64,000 nucleotides of DNA from a virus. The stretch covers positions 1-64,000 of IMG/VR virus record IMGVR_UViG_3300028837_000875, one strand, 5' to 3'. Shown one piece after another: positions 8,721-18,200 of this stretch. The notes beneath the pieces are model-generated. The model saw nothing but the letters and a program-made list of their open reading frames with translations. It was not told where the DNA came from and made no database searches. Both the position numbers and the translations under genes were made by a program. Within the stretch, counting starts at the first letter, position 1. Each line of letters starts with the position of its first letter.

Positions 8721-8984
8721 ATGACACACTATGCTCTTTCATCAAACAAGCCATGCAAGCTCTGTGGAAAAACCCACGGATACATCACTCATGCACATCG
8801 TATAATAATTGCCGATGATAATTCTAAGTTTTTTATGGAGCAGTTCTGCAAGAAGCATTCTGCTTCTGAAGTAGTAGAAGTTGATTTGCCATTTCTTATC
8901 AAGAAACGAATTCTTCTGATTGATATTCTAAGTGTGTTGAAGAAAATAGTTCCTTTGGAAAACAAAAATGGTTCAAGTGGCTAA
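8721..8984 (+). CDS. hypothetical protein
   Basis: 87 aa, CKLC..H. Confidence 0.55.
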   Translation: MTHYALSSNKPCKLCGKTHGYITHAHRIIIADDNSKFFMEQFCKKHSASEVVEVDLPFLIKKRILLIDILSVLKKIVPLENKNGSSG

Positions 8985-11037
8985 GAAGAAAAAACTTAAA
9001 CTAAAGAAGCTTAAAAAGAAACAAGCTCCTTGGCTTATTAGAAAGGGACAAAATCTTCGTAAGCACTTGACAGATAAGAATCAATGTCACTGGCATAGTG
9101 ATGATGGCGTGCGTTGTAAGAATTTCGCAAAGAAAGGAAAGCAATACTGTCGGCATCACGAGGGAAAAGAGACTTACACAACATTAGTTGATTTTGATTT
9201 ATGGGAAGAGATTCAGAAAGCTGGAATCAAGAAGAATGAAAAGCTTTTCTCACTCAATGAATATCCTCAGCTTATGGCAATATATAGAGATAGACATCCA
9301 GAAAAAGTGATAATGAAAGCGGCTCAGTGCGGAGTCACAGAATACGGAACTTTGTTTGGTGAGTTCTTTTTGAAGTTACATCGCGGTACATCTGTTATCT
9401 ATACTCTGCCTTCCAGAAGTTTGGCCTCTTCAATTTCTAAGCAGCGTATTGATTCAATGCTTAACGAGAATGAGCGAGTTTTTCTCAACGTAAATAAAAA
9501 GGGAAATGTTCAGGTCAAATATGATTCTATCTTTGAGAAGCAAATCAAAAACGGCTATCTTTTCTTGCAAGGAACTTGGAAGGAAGGACAAGCCATATCT
9601 GTTCCAGGCGATGTCTTGATACATGACGAAATAGACTTTTGTAAAGGTGATATTCTCAAGAAGTTTAGAAGCAGAATAGGAAATTCAGATTATAAATGGA
9701 TAGTTCAATTTTCAACTCCTACATATCCTGAGTATGGTATTCACAAAGAATTCCTAATGACTGACCAACATCATTGGTGGTACAAGTGTGAGCACTGTGG
9801 ACATGTATTTATGCTTTGTTGTTCATGGCCTGACATTCTTCATTTTGATGAAGAAACAGGAAAACCGTTTTTCGGTTGCGTAAGTTGTCATAAAGAAATT
9901 GCAAGAAAAGAAGGATGGTGGAAGCCGCAAAATCCTTTAAGTTCTAAGCGTGGTTATCATGTAACTAAACTTGCGTCTCCTCGAGTTAGTGCTTCTCAAT
10001 TAGTTGATGCTCAAGAAGAATACAAAACAGAAAAAGATTTCTGGAATTTTGAATTAGGTCTACCATATGCAGGAAGCGAGGACAGAATAACTATAGCAGA
10101 TTTGGAAGCTTGCGAAGATGGAAGATACCATCTCATGGTTCGTGAGCGTATGACTTGTGCAGGAGTAGACCAAGGTGGCAAAGCGATATACGTTGTAGTA
10201 GTGAAGCCAGGCAGAGACAAAGACAGAATCATTTATGCTGACCACATTACTGGATTAACTTGCTGGGCGGAGTTGGCAGTCATAATAAATCAACTTGGAG
10301 TAATGCGTTGTGTTGTAGACGCTATGCCGGATACATTCAAGGCAGGAGAGTTTCAAAGATTGTTCAAGCGAAAAGTTTATTTGGCTTATTATAATGAACG
10401 TTCAAAGGAAGGTGTGAACTGGCAACCGACCAAAGGAATTGTCACTCTTAATCGAAGTACAACTCTTGATATGACAATGGAAAAAATTCGTAGAAGAAAA
10501 GTTATAATTCCAGTTTCTGATAAATTGATTGCTTTCAAAAAACACATGACGTCTTTTGTCAGAGTGAAAGAAGTTGATGACCAAACAGGTGAAATCAGAT
10601 ATGCTTATAAGAAAGTCAGAGAGGACCATTTCGGCCACGCGTATAACTATGCAAATGTGGCAGCATTGAAAATGGATATATCAAGTTTTCAAGTACACTC
10701 TCCATCAGAAAGAAAAAAGGATGCACGCAGTATAGCTGTTGGAAACTACGGAGATGAAATTATAAATCATCTTGCAGGACTGCTGCTTGATAATATTATC
10801 TCAATAGATATGCTTATGAATTATCGAATGCAAAAGACTAATGGAAAGTTTGTAAGTGAAATGGATTTGAGTTCTGATTTTAAACAGATAATGAGTACAC
10901 TTGAACTTAAGTATACTGTGTCTAATCTTATAACTTCAATTCAGAATCTTGAAATTGTGAAAGATAGAATCAAAATAATTCAGGAAGCAAGACGACAAAA
11001 GGCAATTGAAGGAGAAAGCAATGGAAGGGAAGAATGA
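8968..11037 (+). CDS. terminase large subunit (GpA-like)
   Basis: MKAAQCGVTE Walker A variant, LIHDEID Walker B, STPT, CEHC/CVSC, GVDQG nuclease, DHFGHA. Confidence 0.9.
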   Translation: MVQVAKKKKLKLKKLKKKQAPWLIRKGQNLRKHLTDKNQCHWHSDDGVRCKNFAKKGKQYCRHHEGKETYTTLVDFDLWEEIQKAGIKKNEKLFSLNEYPQLMAIYRDRHPEKVIMKAAQCGVTEYGTLFGEFFLKLHRGTSVIYTLPSRSLASSISKQRIDSMLNENERVFLNVNKKGNVQVKYDSIFEKQIKNGYLFLQGTWKEGQAISVPGDVLIHDEIDFCKGDILKKFRSRIGNSDYKWIVQFSTPTYPEYGIHKEFLMTDQHHWWYKCEHCGHVFMLCCSWPDILHFDEETGKPFFGCVSCHKEIARKEGWWKPQNPLSSKRGYHVTKLASPRVSASQLVDAQEEYKTEKDFWNFELGLPYAGSEDRITIADLEACEDGRYHLMVRERMTCAGVDQGGKAIYVVVVKPGRDKDRIIYADHITGLTCWAELAVIINQLGVMRCVVDAMPDTFKAGEFQRLFKRKVYLAYYNERSKEGVNWQPTKGIVTLNRSTTLDMTMEKIRRRKVIIPVSDKLIAFKKHMTSFVRVKEVDDQTGEIRYAYKKVREDHFGHAYNYANVAALKMDISSFQVHSPSERKKDARSIAVGNYGDEIINHLAGLLLDNIISIDMLMNYRMQKTNGKFVSEMDLSSDFKQIMSTLELKYTVSNLITSIQNLEIVKDRIKIIQEARRQKAIEGESNGREE

Positions 11038-12460
11038 CGCGCCGCGTCAAGCTGGACGGATGGAAATCCAGCTTATATCCCGAGACAGAACTCAACTTCA
11101 GGTGAGTGATTCTCGACGTGAGTATGTAGAGCGGGATTCAAAGAAAGGACTGAGATACCGAAGATACTATTTGGAAACTGAGTGGCAGATTATCCAGACA
11201 AAACTTTTGTTTTACGACATTTGGAAAAAACATCCTTGGATTCGTGCTCTTACAAACAAGATTGCTAATATTGCTATTACTGTTGGATGGTTCATTGACT
11301 ACACTGGAGCTGGCAAAGCTACTCCAGAAGAAAAGAAACGCATTGAAAACTTTTTCATGTATCCAAATTATCAAGAATCATTTTCAGATATACTCTGGAA
11401 AACAATAGTGCAATTGAAAATATTTGCCGAATCGTTTTGGGAAATGGTTAAGAGCCGAAAAGGTTATCCGATAGATTTTTATATTCTTGATGGAGCTGTC
11501 AGAGTTTGTCTTGATGAACACGGCAATCCAGGGAGTCCGGCATACGTTCAGAGAGTATTCAACGACACGGCTGAATTTGAATATGACGAAGTAATTTATT
11601 TTAAGTTTCCTGACCCCATAGGAAAAGTTCATCCATCTTCAGAACTCGAAGCTCTTGAACTTACTGTTCTTACTGACGTTTATGCAATGGCTCTGAACAA
11701 GACTACTTTTACACAAGGTGTCAGAAAAGGGAAAGCGTTTATTTTCCCAGCGGATACTGGCCCTGAACAGATGAAGCGCAACAGGGAGCAAATAGATAAT
11801 CTTCACTCAGGAATAATTGGTTCGTATTCTGCTTTCGTTGCTCTCGAAGGAGAATGTACAGTTCAGGACCTTAAGCTTACTGAAGAGAAAATGGAAGCTA
11901 AAGACCTGCGTGAATATCTCCGCGAAGAAATGGCAGCAGTAGTTGGAACACCACTTTCAAAAGTTGGAGTCAACGCTGTTGATGTAAAGGAATCTCAATA
12001 TGTCGACAAATCATTTTGGCAGGAGGAAGTGCAGCCACTAATTGATTTGGTTGCAAACACAATAAATCGTTATCTTGATTTGCTTGGCATATATGATTAT
12101 AGATTCAAGTTCAAGAAATTTCCGATTAGAGATTTGAAAGAGACGGCAAGATTGATTGACGTGCTCAAGAAGCACGGTGCAATTTCAACGGATGAAGTAA
12201 GAGAAATGGTTGGCTTAGATACTTTGAATACAGCGTCGAGCAAGAAGCCGTTTCTTGTTACGCGTGATGGCACTATTATTTTCATTGATGAAATTGAGAA
12301 AGAGAAAGCAAATATTGATGCTGTAAAGAAAGAAGAAAAAGCAAGTGCGTTTCCATTCCAAATGGGCCGTCGTAGGATTGCACGCAAAGGCGCGACACTT
12401 CCTGCTACTGAAGAGACTGCCGCTGAAGAGGAGGAAGCGGCTCCGGACCCTTTTCTTTAA
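11021..12460 (+). CDS. portal protein
   Basis: follows terminase; ESFWEMV, DEVIYFK, GAISTDEVREMVGL motifs. Confidence 0.9.
   Translation: MEGKNDAPRQAGRMEIQLISRDRTQLQVSDSRREYVERDSKKGLRYRRYYLETEWQIIQTKLLFYDIWKKHPWIRALTNKIANIAITVGWFIDYTGAGKATPEEKKRIENFFMYPNYQESFSDILWKTIVQLKIFAESFWEMVKSRKGYPIDFYILDGAVRVCLDEHGNPGSPAYVQRVFNDTAEFEYDEVIYFKFPDPIGKVHPSSELEALELTVLTDVYAMALNKTTFTQGVRKGKAFIFPADTGPEQMKRNREQIDNLHSGIIGSYSAFVALEGECTVQDLKLTEEKMEAKDLREYLREEMAAVVGTPLSKVGVNAVDVKESQYVDKSFWQEEVQPLIDLVANTINRYLDLLGIYDYRFKFKKFPIRDLKETARLIDVLKKHGAISTDEVREMVGLDTLNTASSKKPFLVTRDGTIIFIDEIEKEKANIDAVKKEEKASAFPFQMGRRRIARKGATLPATEETAAEEEEAAPDPFL
12448..12454 (+). other. candidate -1 ribosomal frameshift site (C CCT TTT) joining portal to MuF frame
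   Basis: X XXY YYZ heptamer in portal frame two codons before its stop; -1 frame is open into 12607..14187. Confidence 0.6.
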
Positions 12461-12606
12461 TCTACTCAATTCTGGCCGAGAGCAGAATTAGTCCTGAGGA
12501 CCTGGCTGATTTTCTCAGTGACGTATACGGCTCAGTCTTAGATGGACAAGCTGCTCTTAAAGATGCTCAATTCAGTTTCACGCGCTCCAACTCTGTAGAT
12601 AAAATA

Positions 12607-14187
12607 ATGATTAAGTCAGATGAAAATCTTGTTGCTGATTTCGATAGAATCAAAAAGAAAACAATCAAGACATGGTTGGAAGTTGCACGAAAGAAGAAAC
12701 TTCAAACTGGTGCGGAGGAAGCTAATATAGTCATTGATACGTCTGTATCTGGAAATGAACTTACAGTTTCGGTTGTCCAAGGACACAAAGCAGGATTTCT
12801 TTATGGCTTTGGTGAAGTAGCATCTGGGCTTGGCTTCAAGCCAGGAGATGAAGGCAGAGTTGGAAAGTTTGATTTTGATTACATGTCTCCTGAGACTTTC
12901 AATCGAGCAAAGCAATCGGCAAGAAGAATTTCAAACAAGACTATTGACGGCATGATGAAAGGCGATGCTAAAAAGTTTGCAAGACGCAATGTGCGTAACA
13001 TTGTCAAGGAAGGAATCAGAACAGGAAAGAGTGATACTGATATTGCAAACGAGATAGGTCAGTTCTTTGATGATTCAAAGTATTGGAAAGCGGCAGAGAT
13101 AACGAGAACTGAAATTCCTCTTGCTTATAACTATGGCCGTATTGATGCTGCTCGAAAAGATGGATTAACTAAAGCACGAATATATCTTGGAGGACGTCCT
13201 TGTAACTGGTGCATTGATAACCATCTTGATGTCAGGACGTTGGACCAAGCCGAAGCATATATGAATGCGCATCATCCAAACAATGATTGCACGGTTGTTC
13301 CACTTATTGACTTTGATTATTATGGCATTGAGCCACCTGAAGGATATTATGAAGGCGATGAAGGTCCGCTTGAGCCTCCAATAGCTAAGCCTGGAAAACC
13401 AAAGGCACCTCCAAAGCTTATACCTCCAGTAATTCCTAAAGTCCCGCCTCCTGCCGTTGCTCCTGCGGTTCCTGCTATGCCTCCTAAAGCTCCACCAGTT
13501 ACTATTGACCCTAAGAAAGTTGGTGACCTTCCAAAAGAAACTTCAGCTAAAAGAGCAGAGCGAAGAATAAAAGAGTTTGAAGAAAAGAGTAAAATTACAG
13601 CTCCTAATAAAAGCTCTCAAGAATTCATCAATGAAACGAAAGAACGTTTTGGGATTCAGTTTAATAGTGGAAAATATTACAAGCAGGATAGAGTTCAAGC
13701 TTTTTTAGATTCGTTGGAAAATTTACACAAAAATCTGGATACGAAAATACGCAAAAGATTGTATAAAGGTAATTTGCTAACAGTACAATCAGCAACACCA
13801 GGCAATGAAATTGGTTCAAGAGTGCTTGGTGATTACTGGGAAAAAGGACGTTTATTAAGAGTCAATGAAAAATGCAGATTGACAAGAGAGATAACTAAAT
13901 GGATGCCTAAAGCTCGTCCAAATCTATTGAGAGAATCTTACGAGTGGGTTTCAACGCATGAATATGGACATCATATTTATCAGACTGGACTAACAAAATC
14001 CATCAAACAAAAATGGTTTGGAATTTGGTCAACTGAACCGAAAAGAATTACTATGTACGCAAGCAAAAATGCGGCAGAAGGATTCTGTGAATCACTTGGA
14101 GCTTATATGCGAAGTCCTAAAGCTCTAAAGCAAACTTCTCCAGAGGCATACGAGTTCATTAAAAAATACATAATGGCAGGAGGATAA
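12607..14187 (+). CDS. MuF/SPP1 gp7 head morphogenesis protein with Pro-rich linker and C-terminal zincin metallopeptidase
   Basis: AAEITRTE..AYNYG, C..C, HHPNNDC (MuF); HEYGHH and YASKNAAEGFCE (zincin); frame open upstream to 12427. Confidence 0.85.
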   Translation: MIKSDENLVADFDRIKKKTIKTWLEVARKKKLQTGAEEANIVIDTSVSGNELTVSVVQGHKAGFLYGFGEVASGLGFKPGDEGRVGKFDFDYMSPETFNRAKQSARRISNKTIDGMMKGDAKKFARRNVRNIVKEGIRTGKSDTDIANEIGQFFDDSKYWKAAEITRTEIPLAYNYGRIDAARKDGLTKARIYLGGRPCNWCIDNHLDVRTLDQAEAYMNAHHPNNDCTVVPLIDFDYYGIEPPEGYYEGDEGPLEPPIAKPGKPKAPPKLIPPVIPKVPPPAVAPAVPAMPPKAPPVTIDPKKVGDLPKETSAKRAERRIKEFEEKSKITAPNKSSQEFINETKERFGIQFNSGKYYKQDRVQAFLDSLENLHKNLDTKIRKRLYKGNLLTVQSATPGNEIGSRVLGDYWEKGRLLRVNEKCRLTREITKWMPKARPNLLRESYEWVSTHEYGHHIYQTGLTKSIKQKWFGIWSTEPKRITMYASKNAAEGFCESLGAYMRSPKALKQTSPEAYEFIKKYIMAGG

Positions 14188-14188
14188 A

Positions 14189-14488
14189 ATGACTCTGTAT
14201 AAAATCAGAGACGTCGAGCAAGAAGATAAGCTTGGAAATAAAGAGGAAGTGATTGCAGCAATTATAGAAGTAGAAGATGAAAAAATTTCGTTGAAGGATG
14301 GATGGCAAGCAATCAAAGATATTCTTGCTGCTCCTGCAATTGCAACGCTTACTGGAGGAGAGCAAGAGGACGGAACATACGAAGAAAGCGGAGAAGTCAA
14401 GCCTGGTGATGAAGGATATTTTCAAGCTTTCAAAGATTTGCTAATAACTCAAGGATTCATTGTTGAAGAAATAAAGAAAGAGGAATGA
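14189..14488 (+). CDS. acidic protein, candidate immunity partner of MuF peptidase
   Basis: AGGAGG RBS, immediately downstream of MuF gene. Confidence 0.6.
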   Translation: MTLYKIRDVEQEDKLGNKEEVIAAIIEVEDEKISLKDGWQAIKDILAAPAIATLTGGEQEDGTYEESGEVKPGDEGYFQAFKDLLITQGFIVEEIKKEE

Positions 14489-14498
14489 GGAGAAAAAC

Positions 14499-14567
14499 AT
14501 GTCCATTTTGCTTGTTAAGGAAACTGAAAAGTATAATCCAGAAAATCTTGATGATGCAAGAGGATAA
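14499..14567 (+). pseudogene. 22-aa ORF, possible displaced N-terminus of the ligase gene
   Basis: GAGGAGA RBS; MSILLVKETEKYNPENLDDARG*. Confidence 0.35.
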
Positions 14568-14572
14568 GTAAT

Positions 14573-15262
14573 ATGCCACCTAAGGGCTATAAACAACATG
14601 AGGAGACAAAAGAAAAAATAGCTGCTTGGAATAGAGGTAAGAAAAGAAGTACTCAGACCAAAGCAAAGCTATCAAAAGCTTTGAAAGAGAAATGGAAGGA
14701 TAAAGTTTATCGAAAGAAGTTGATTAAAAAAGCACAAGGACGGAAGTTGAGTACAGAGCATAAGAAAAAAATTTCTCAGTCTTTGAAAATAACAAGAGCA
14801 GAAAAGAAGTTTAGTTCTGAACGCAACAAGAAAGTTTCTAAAGGCTTGAAGCAATTTTGGGCAAGTCTTACATCTCAAGAAAAAACTGAACGCTTGAAAG
14901 GATTTATACAGGCGGGCGCAAGAGCAAGAGGATTTTTCAATACTAAAATAGAACAAATAACAGAGGCATTTCTTAAACGTATAAAAGTTGAGTATACAAA
15001 GCAGAAGATGTTTTGTTCTGGAAATAGAAGAGCAATTGGTGACTTCTATCTTCCAAAATTCAATTTGGTATTGGAGTGTGATGGAGAATATTGGCATTCA
15101 GTGTTAGAACAAAAACAAAAGGATAAAATGAAAGATAGATTTTATCATAGTCTTGGACTGAAAGTCATAAGACTAAGCGAAAAGGAAATCATTAACAATC
15201 TACGATATTCTTTTTTGAAAAAACTGCGATTGATTCTTGTGAAAAGAAAAGGAGTGGCCTAA
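14573..15262 (+). CDS. homing endonuclease (NUMOD3-like repeats + DUF559/Vsr-like nuclease)
   Basis: HEETKEKI / STEHKKKIS repeats; DFYLP..LVLECDGEYWH...DKMKD. Confidence 0.8.
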   Translation: MPPKGYKQHEETKEKIAAWNRGKKRSTQTKAKLSKALKEKWKDKVYRKKLIKKAQGRKLSTEHKKKISQSLKITRAEKKFSSERNKKVSKGLKQFWASLTSQEKTERLKGFIQAGARARGFFNTKIEQITEAFLKRIKVEYTKQKMFCSGNRRAIGDFYLPKFNLVLECDGEYWHSVLEQKQKDKMKDRFYHSLGLKVIRLSEKEIINNLRYSFLKKLRLILVKRKGVA

Positions 15263-18200
15263 TGGCTGAAGTTCCTAATATTGCTTCAATGGATTTTAAG
15301 AAAGTTGATGATGAAGTTTTATCCAGAAGTTTCAATACTGTCAATGCTTGGTATGCTTCAATCAAGCAAGGTAAAAAACTCAAACATTCTTTAGACACTA
15401 TTATTCGTTTGGGTGTGCAGATAATGACCGAGTTGTTGCGTAGAGGAAAAGTAACTTTTCATCCTGAAGAAATGAAACAGGTATCTCGTGAATTCTCTGC
15501 TAAGGTGCTTGATAAAATAGTAAAGCAGAAAGTAAACGTTGAGCCGCCTTACGGAGATTTGATAGCAGAAGGCAAAGCCAAAGGATTACTTCTTGGCGAG
15601 GATATCCCGCTTGATAAGATATATCTATTTGTGCAAGACGGAAAAGCTTTGGGATATGTTCGCTTTGGTGCAATGCCATCAATCGAGAGCAAGCCAGGTT
15701 CTGGAGCAGCGTTTGGAACTTACCATTATAAAATTGTTGGAGATGATTTTAAGAAGTATCAAAAGATTCATCGCGTATCGGATGAAGAAAAAGAGCAACT
15801 TTGGCCTAAGAATAAAATACTTTGGCTTTATCCGGTACGCGACTTTTTTCCATTAGATAAGCCTATTCAACTTTCAACAAATCTTGATACGACTCTGCCT
15901 GAAGGATTGAAGCCAGAAGATTTGACTCCTGATTATCTAAAGCAAATTAACAGCATGACGCTTGTCAAGATTCACGGCTGGTTGCATTCAGGATTCTTTC
16001 AAGCTCAGAAAAGAAAAGAAGCTATTGAAAGATGGGTAAATGCACATGCGTTTGTAGTAGATGAAATGATAAACAGAAAAATGGAACATCGTCCTTGGTC
16101 AGAGCTTGATGAATTCTCTAAACAATATCAGACTCATAAGTTTGAAAGAGCCATTGATTATCTGCAAGATTTTCTGATTCGTAAGCCTTATGCTTTGGCT
16201 GCTGGCTCTGTCTTTGTCTCAGGTGAAGGAAATGATTTGGATGTGGTAATAAGAGATGAAGAGAATCAGTATTTCAAAGAAGCTGTTCTTCACTTCATGT
16301 CTAAATCTAATCTTAAAGCTGATATGGTTTTTGGTGCTTGGACTTCATCTTTCACAAACAATGTTTCACTATATGATTATGGATTGACTCGAAATCCGAG
16401 AAGTGAAATGTTCCTCTCTAAGATAAAACTTCATGGACTTGATTTACAATTACCTTCGTTTGTAAATTCACAGCCAAGAGTGTTTATCAAACAGCGTGAT
16501 ACAAAGTTGCTTTTCTGGATAAGAGAAGATATAACAAAAGAAAGAGATGGAATTGTAGAGTTTAAAATCAAGCAGATGCTCCCGCTTTATTATGATGCTA
16601 AATTTGATTATGGACTTTATGTTCCATCAGATTATAAGCCGATATACTGGGATGTATATCTTAGAGAGCCAGAGCCTGAGATGATTACTATGTCTATTGT
16701 TCAGAGCAGACATGAAGTTAGACTTGCACGTGGTATAAAGATAATGAGATATTTTCAAACTATGAAGCCTGCAAAAGCAGCAAAGCCAGGAGAGCCGGCT
16801 ACGTTTGATTTCTATCTTGCTGTTTTTAAGTCGAGAGATTTCCCTGTGTTTTTGCAAAAAAAATACGACGGAGCTAATCTTGAAATTCATCGTTCTGGAA
16901 ATGACGTAAAGATATGGACTGAGGACGGAGTTGATGTCACACATCGTTTGCCAGGAACTGTTGAAGAAATAAAGAAACTCAATCATAATAAGTTTGCTGC
17001 TCTTGCTGAGGCAGAATTTTGGAAAGGAAAGTTTCATTATCCGAGAGAAAGAGCCGCTGGTTATCTCATGTCAAAAGATAAGCCAGATGATTCTAATATC
17101 GTTTTGAATTTTTATGATGTAGTTGCTACTGGGTCTCATGGAGACGTATCAGGAAAGAACATGATTGAAAGAGATAAAGTTCTTGATACGTTTGATTTCA
17201 AGCAGTCCACAATTGGTGTGCCTGATTTGAAATATAGATTGAATCGTGCTCCAAGCAAGATGGCAAAGAACGCAAGTGAATTGAAAACAAAATCAGAAGA
17301 GTTGAGATTTGCTGCTGGCTCAGAAGGAATAGTTGCTAAGCCGTTTTGGGGAGTCTATGATTTATCTGGTAGAAGAAAAGAACAAATCAAATTTCATAAC
17401 TCAGTCATCTTTGTTGCAAGAGTGTTGAAGCGAAATCAAACAAAGACGCCCGGAGTGTATACTTATAAATGGGCTATAAAATCTGGACCGCTTAAAGCAC
17501 GAGAGCAACACGCTGTGATGATAAACAATGAAGAATATATTCATGGTGGCAATACTGATTCTACTGATTTCAAATTGAGCAAAGGTGATTTGATTGTCAT
17601 CGAAGCAGAAACATTCAATAAAGTTTATTATGAGAAAGATGATACTGTTAAAGTTTCTGCTTGGGTTCCTCGCGTGCTTGAACAAAAAGCAGATAAGGGA
17701 GTTGATTCAGTAAAGAGTGTGATGAAAGAAGCTCAGAACAATCGTGTATTGACAATCAAGAAAGTTCACAAAGATGGCTCTGAATCTTATCTTCCACAAG
17801 AAGCTTTCAAATTGAATACTGAACATACAGCTTTATTGCGCCTATCTGCTCTTGAGGAAGAACATGGTATATTACCATTGATTGAGAGCTTAGAGGACAT
17901 TAGGACCGAAGAGGAGGCCATTTTACAGAGGTATTCAAGGGATATTCCTGTGCCGTCCGATATCAAAGCAAAAGAGAGCAAGTGGAATTCAATCTCATTA
18001 GATGAACTTGAAAAAATGAATCCAAGTAGTTTGCCGAAAGGATTTTTTGTTATTGTCGACCATTATCGTGGTAAGAGTGTACATGGGGATTTAAGAGGCA
18101 AGGAAAATGGTACGGCAGATGGCTGGACAATATCAAATGCTTGGGCAGGAAAGATAAAAGAGCCAGTTGATTCTTTCAGTGAAGCTCAAGCGATTCAATC

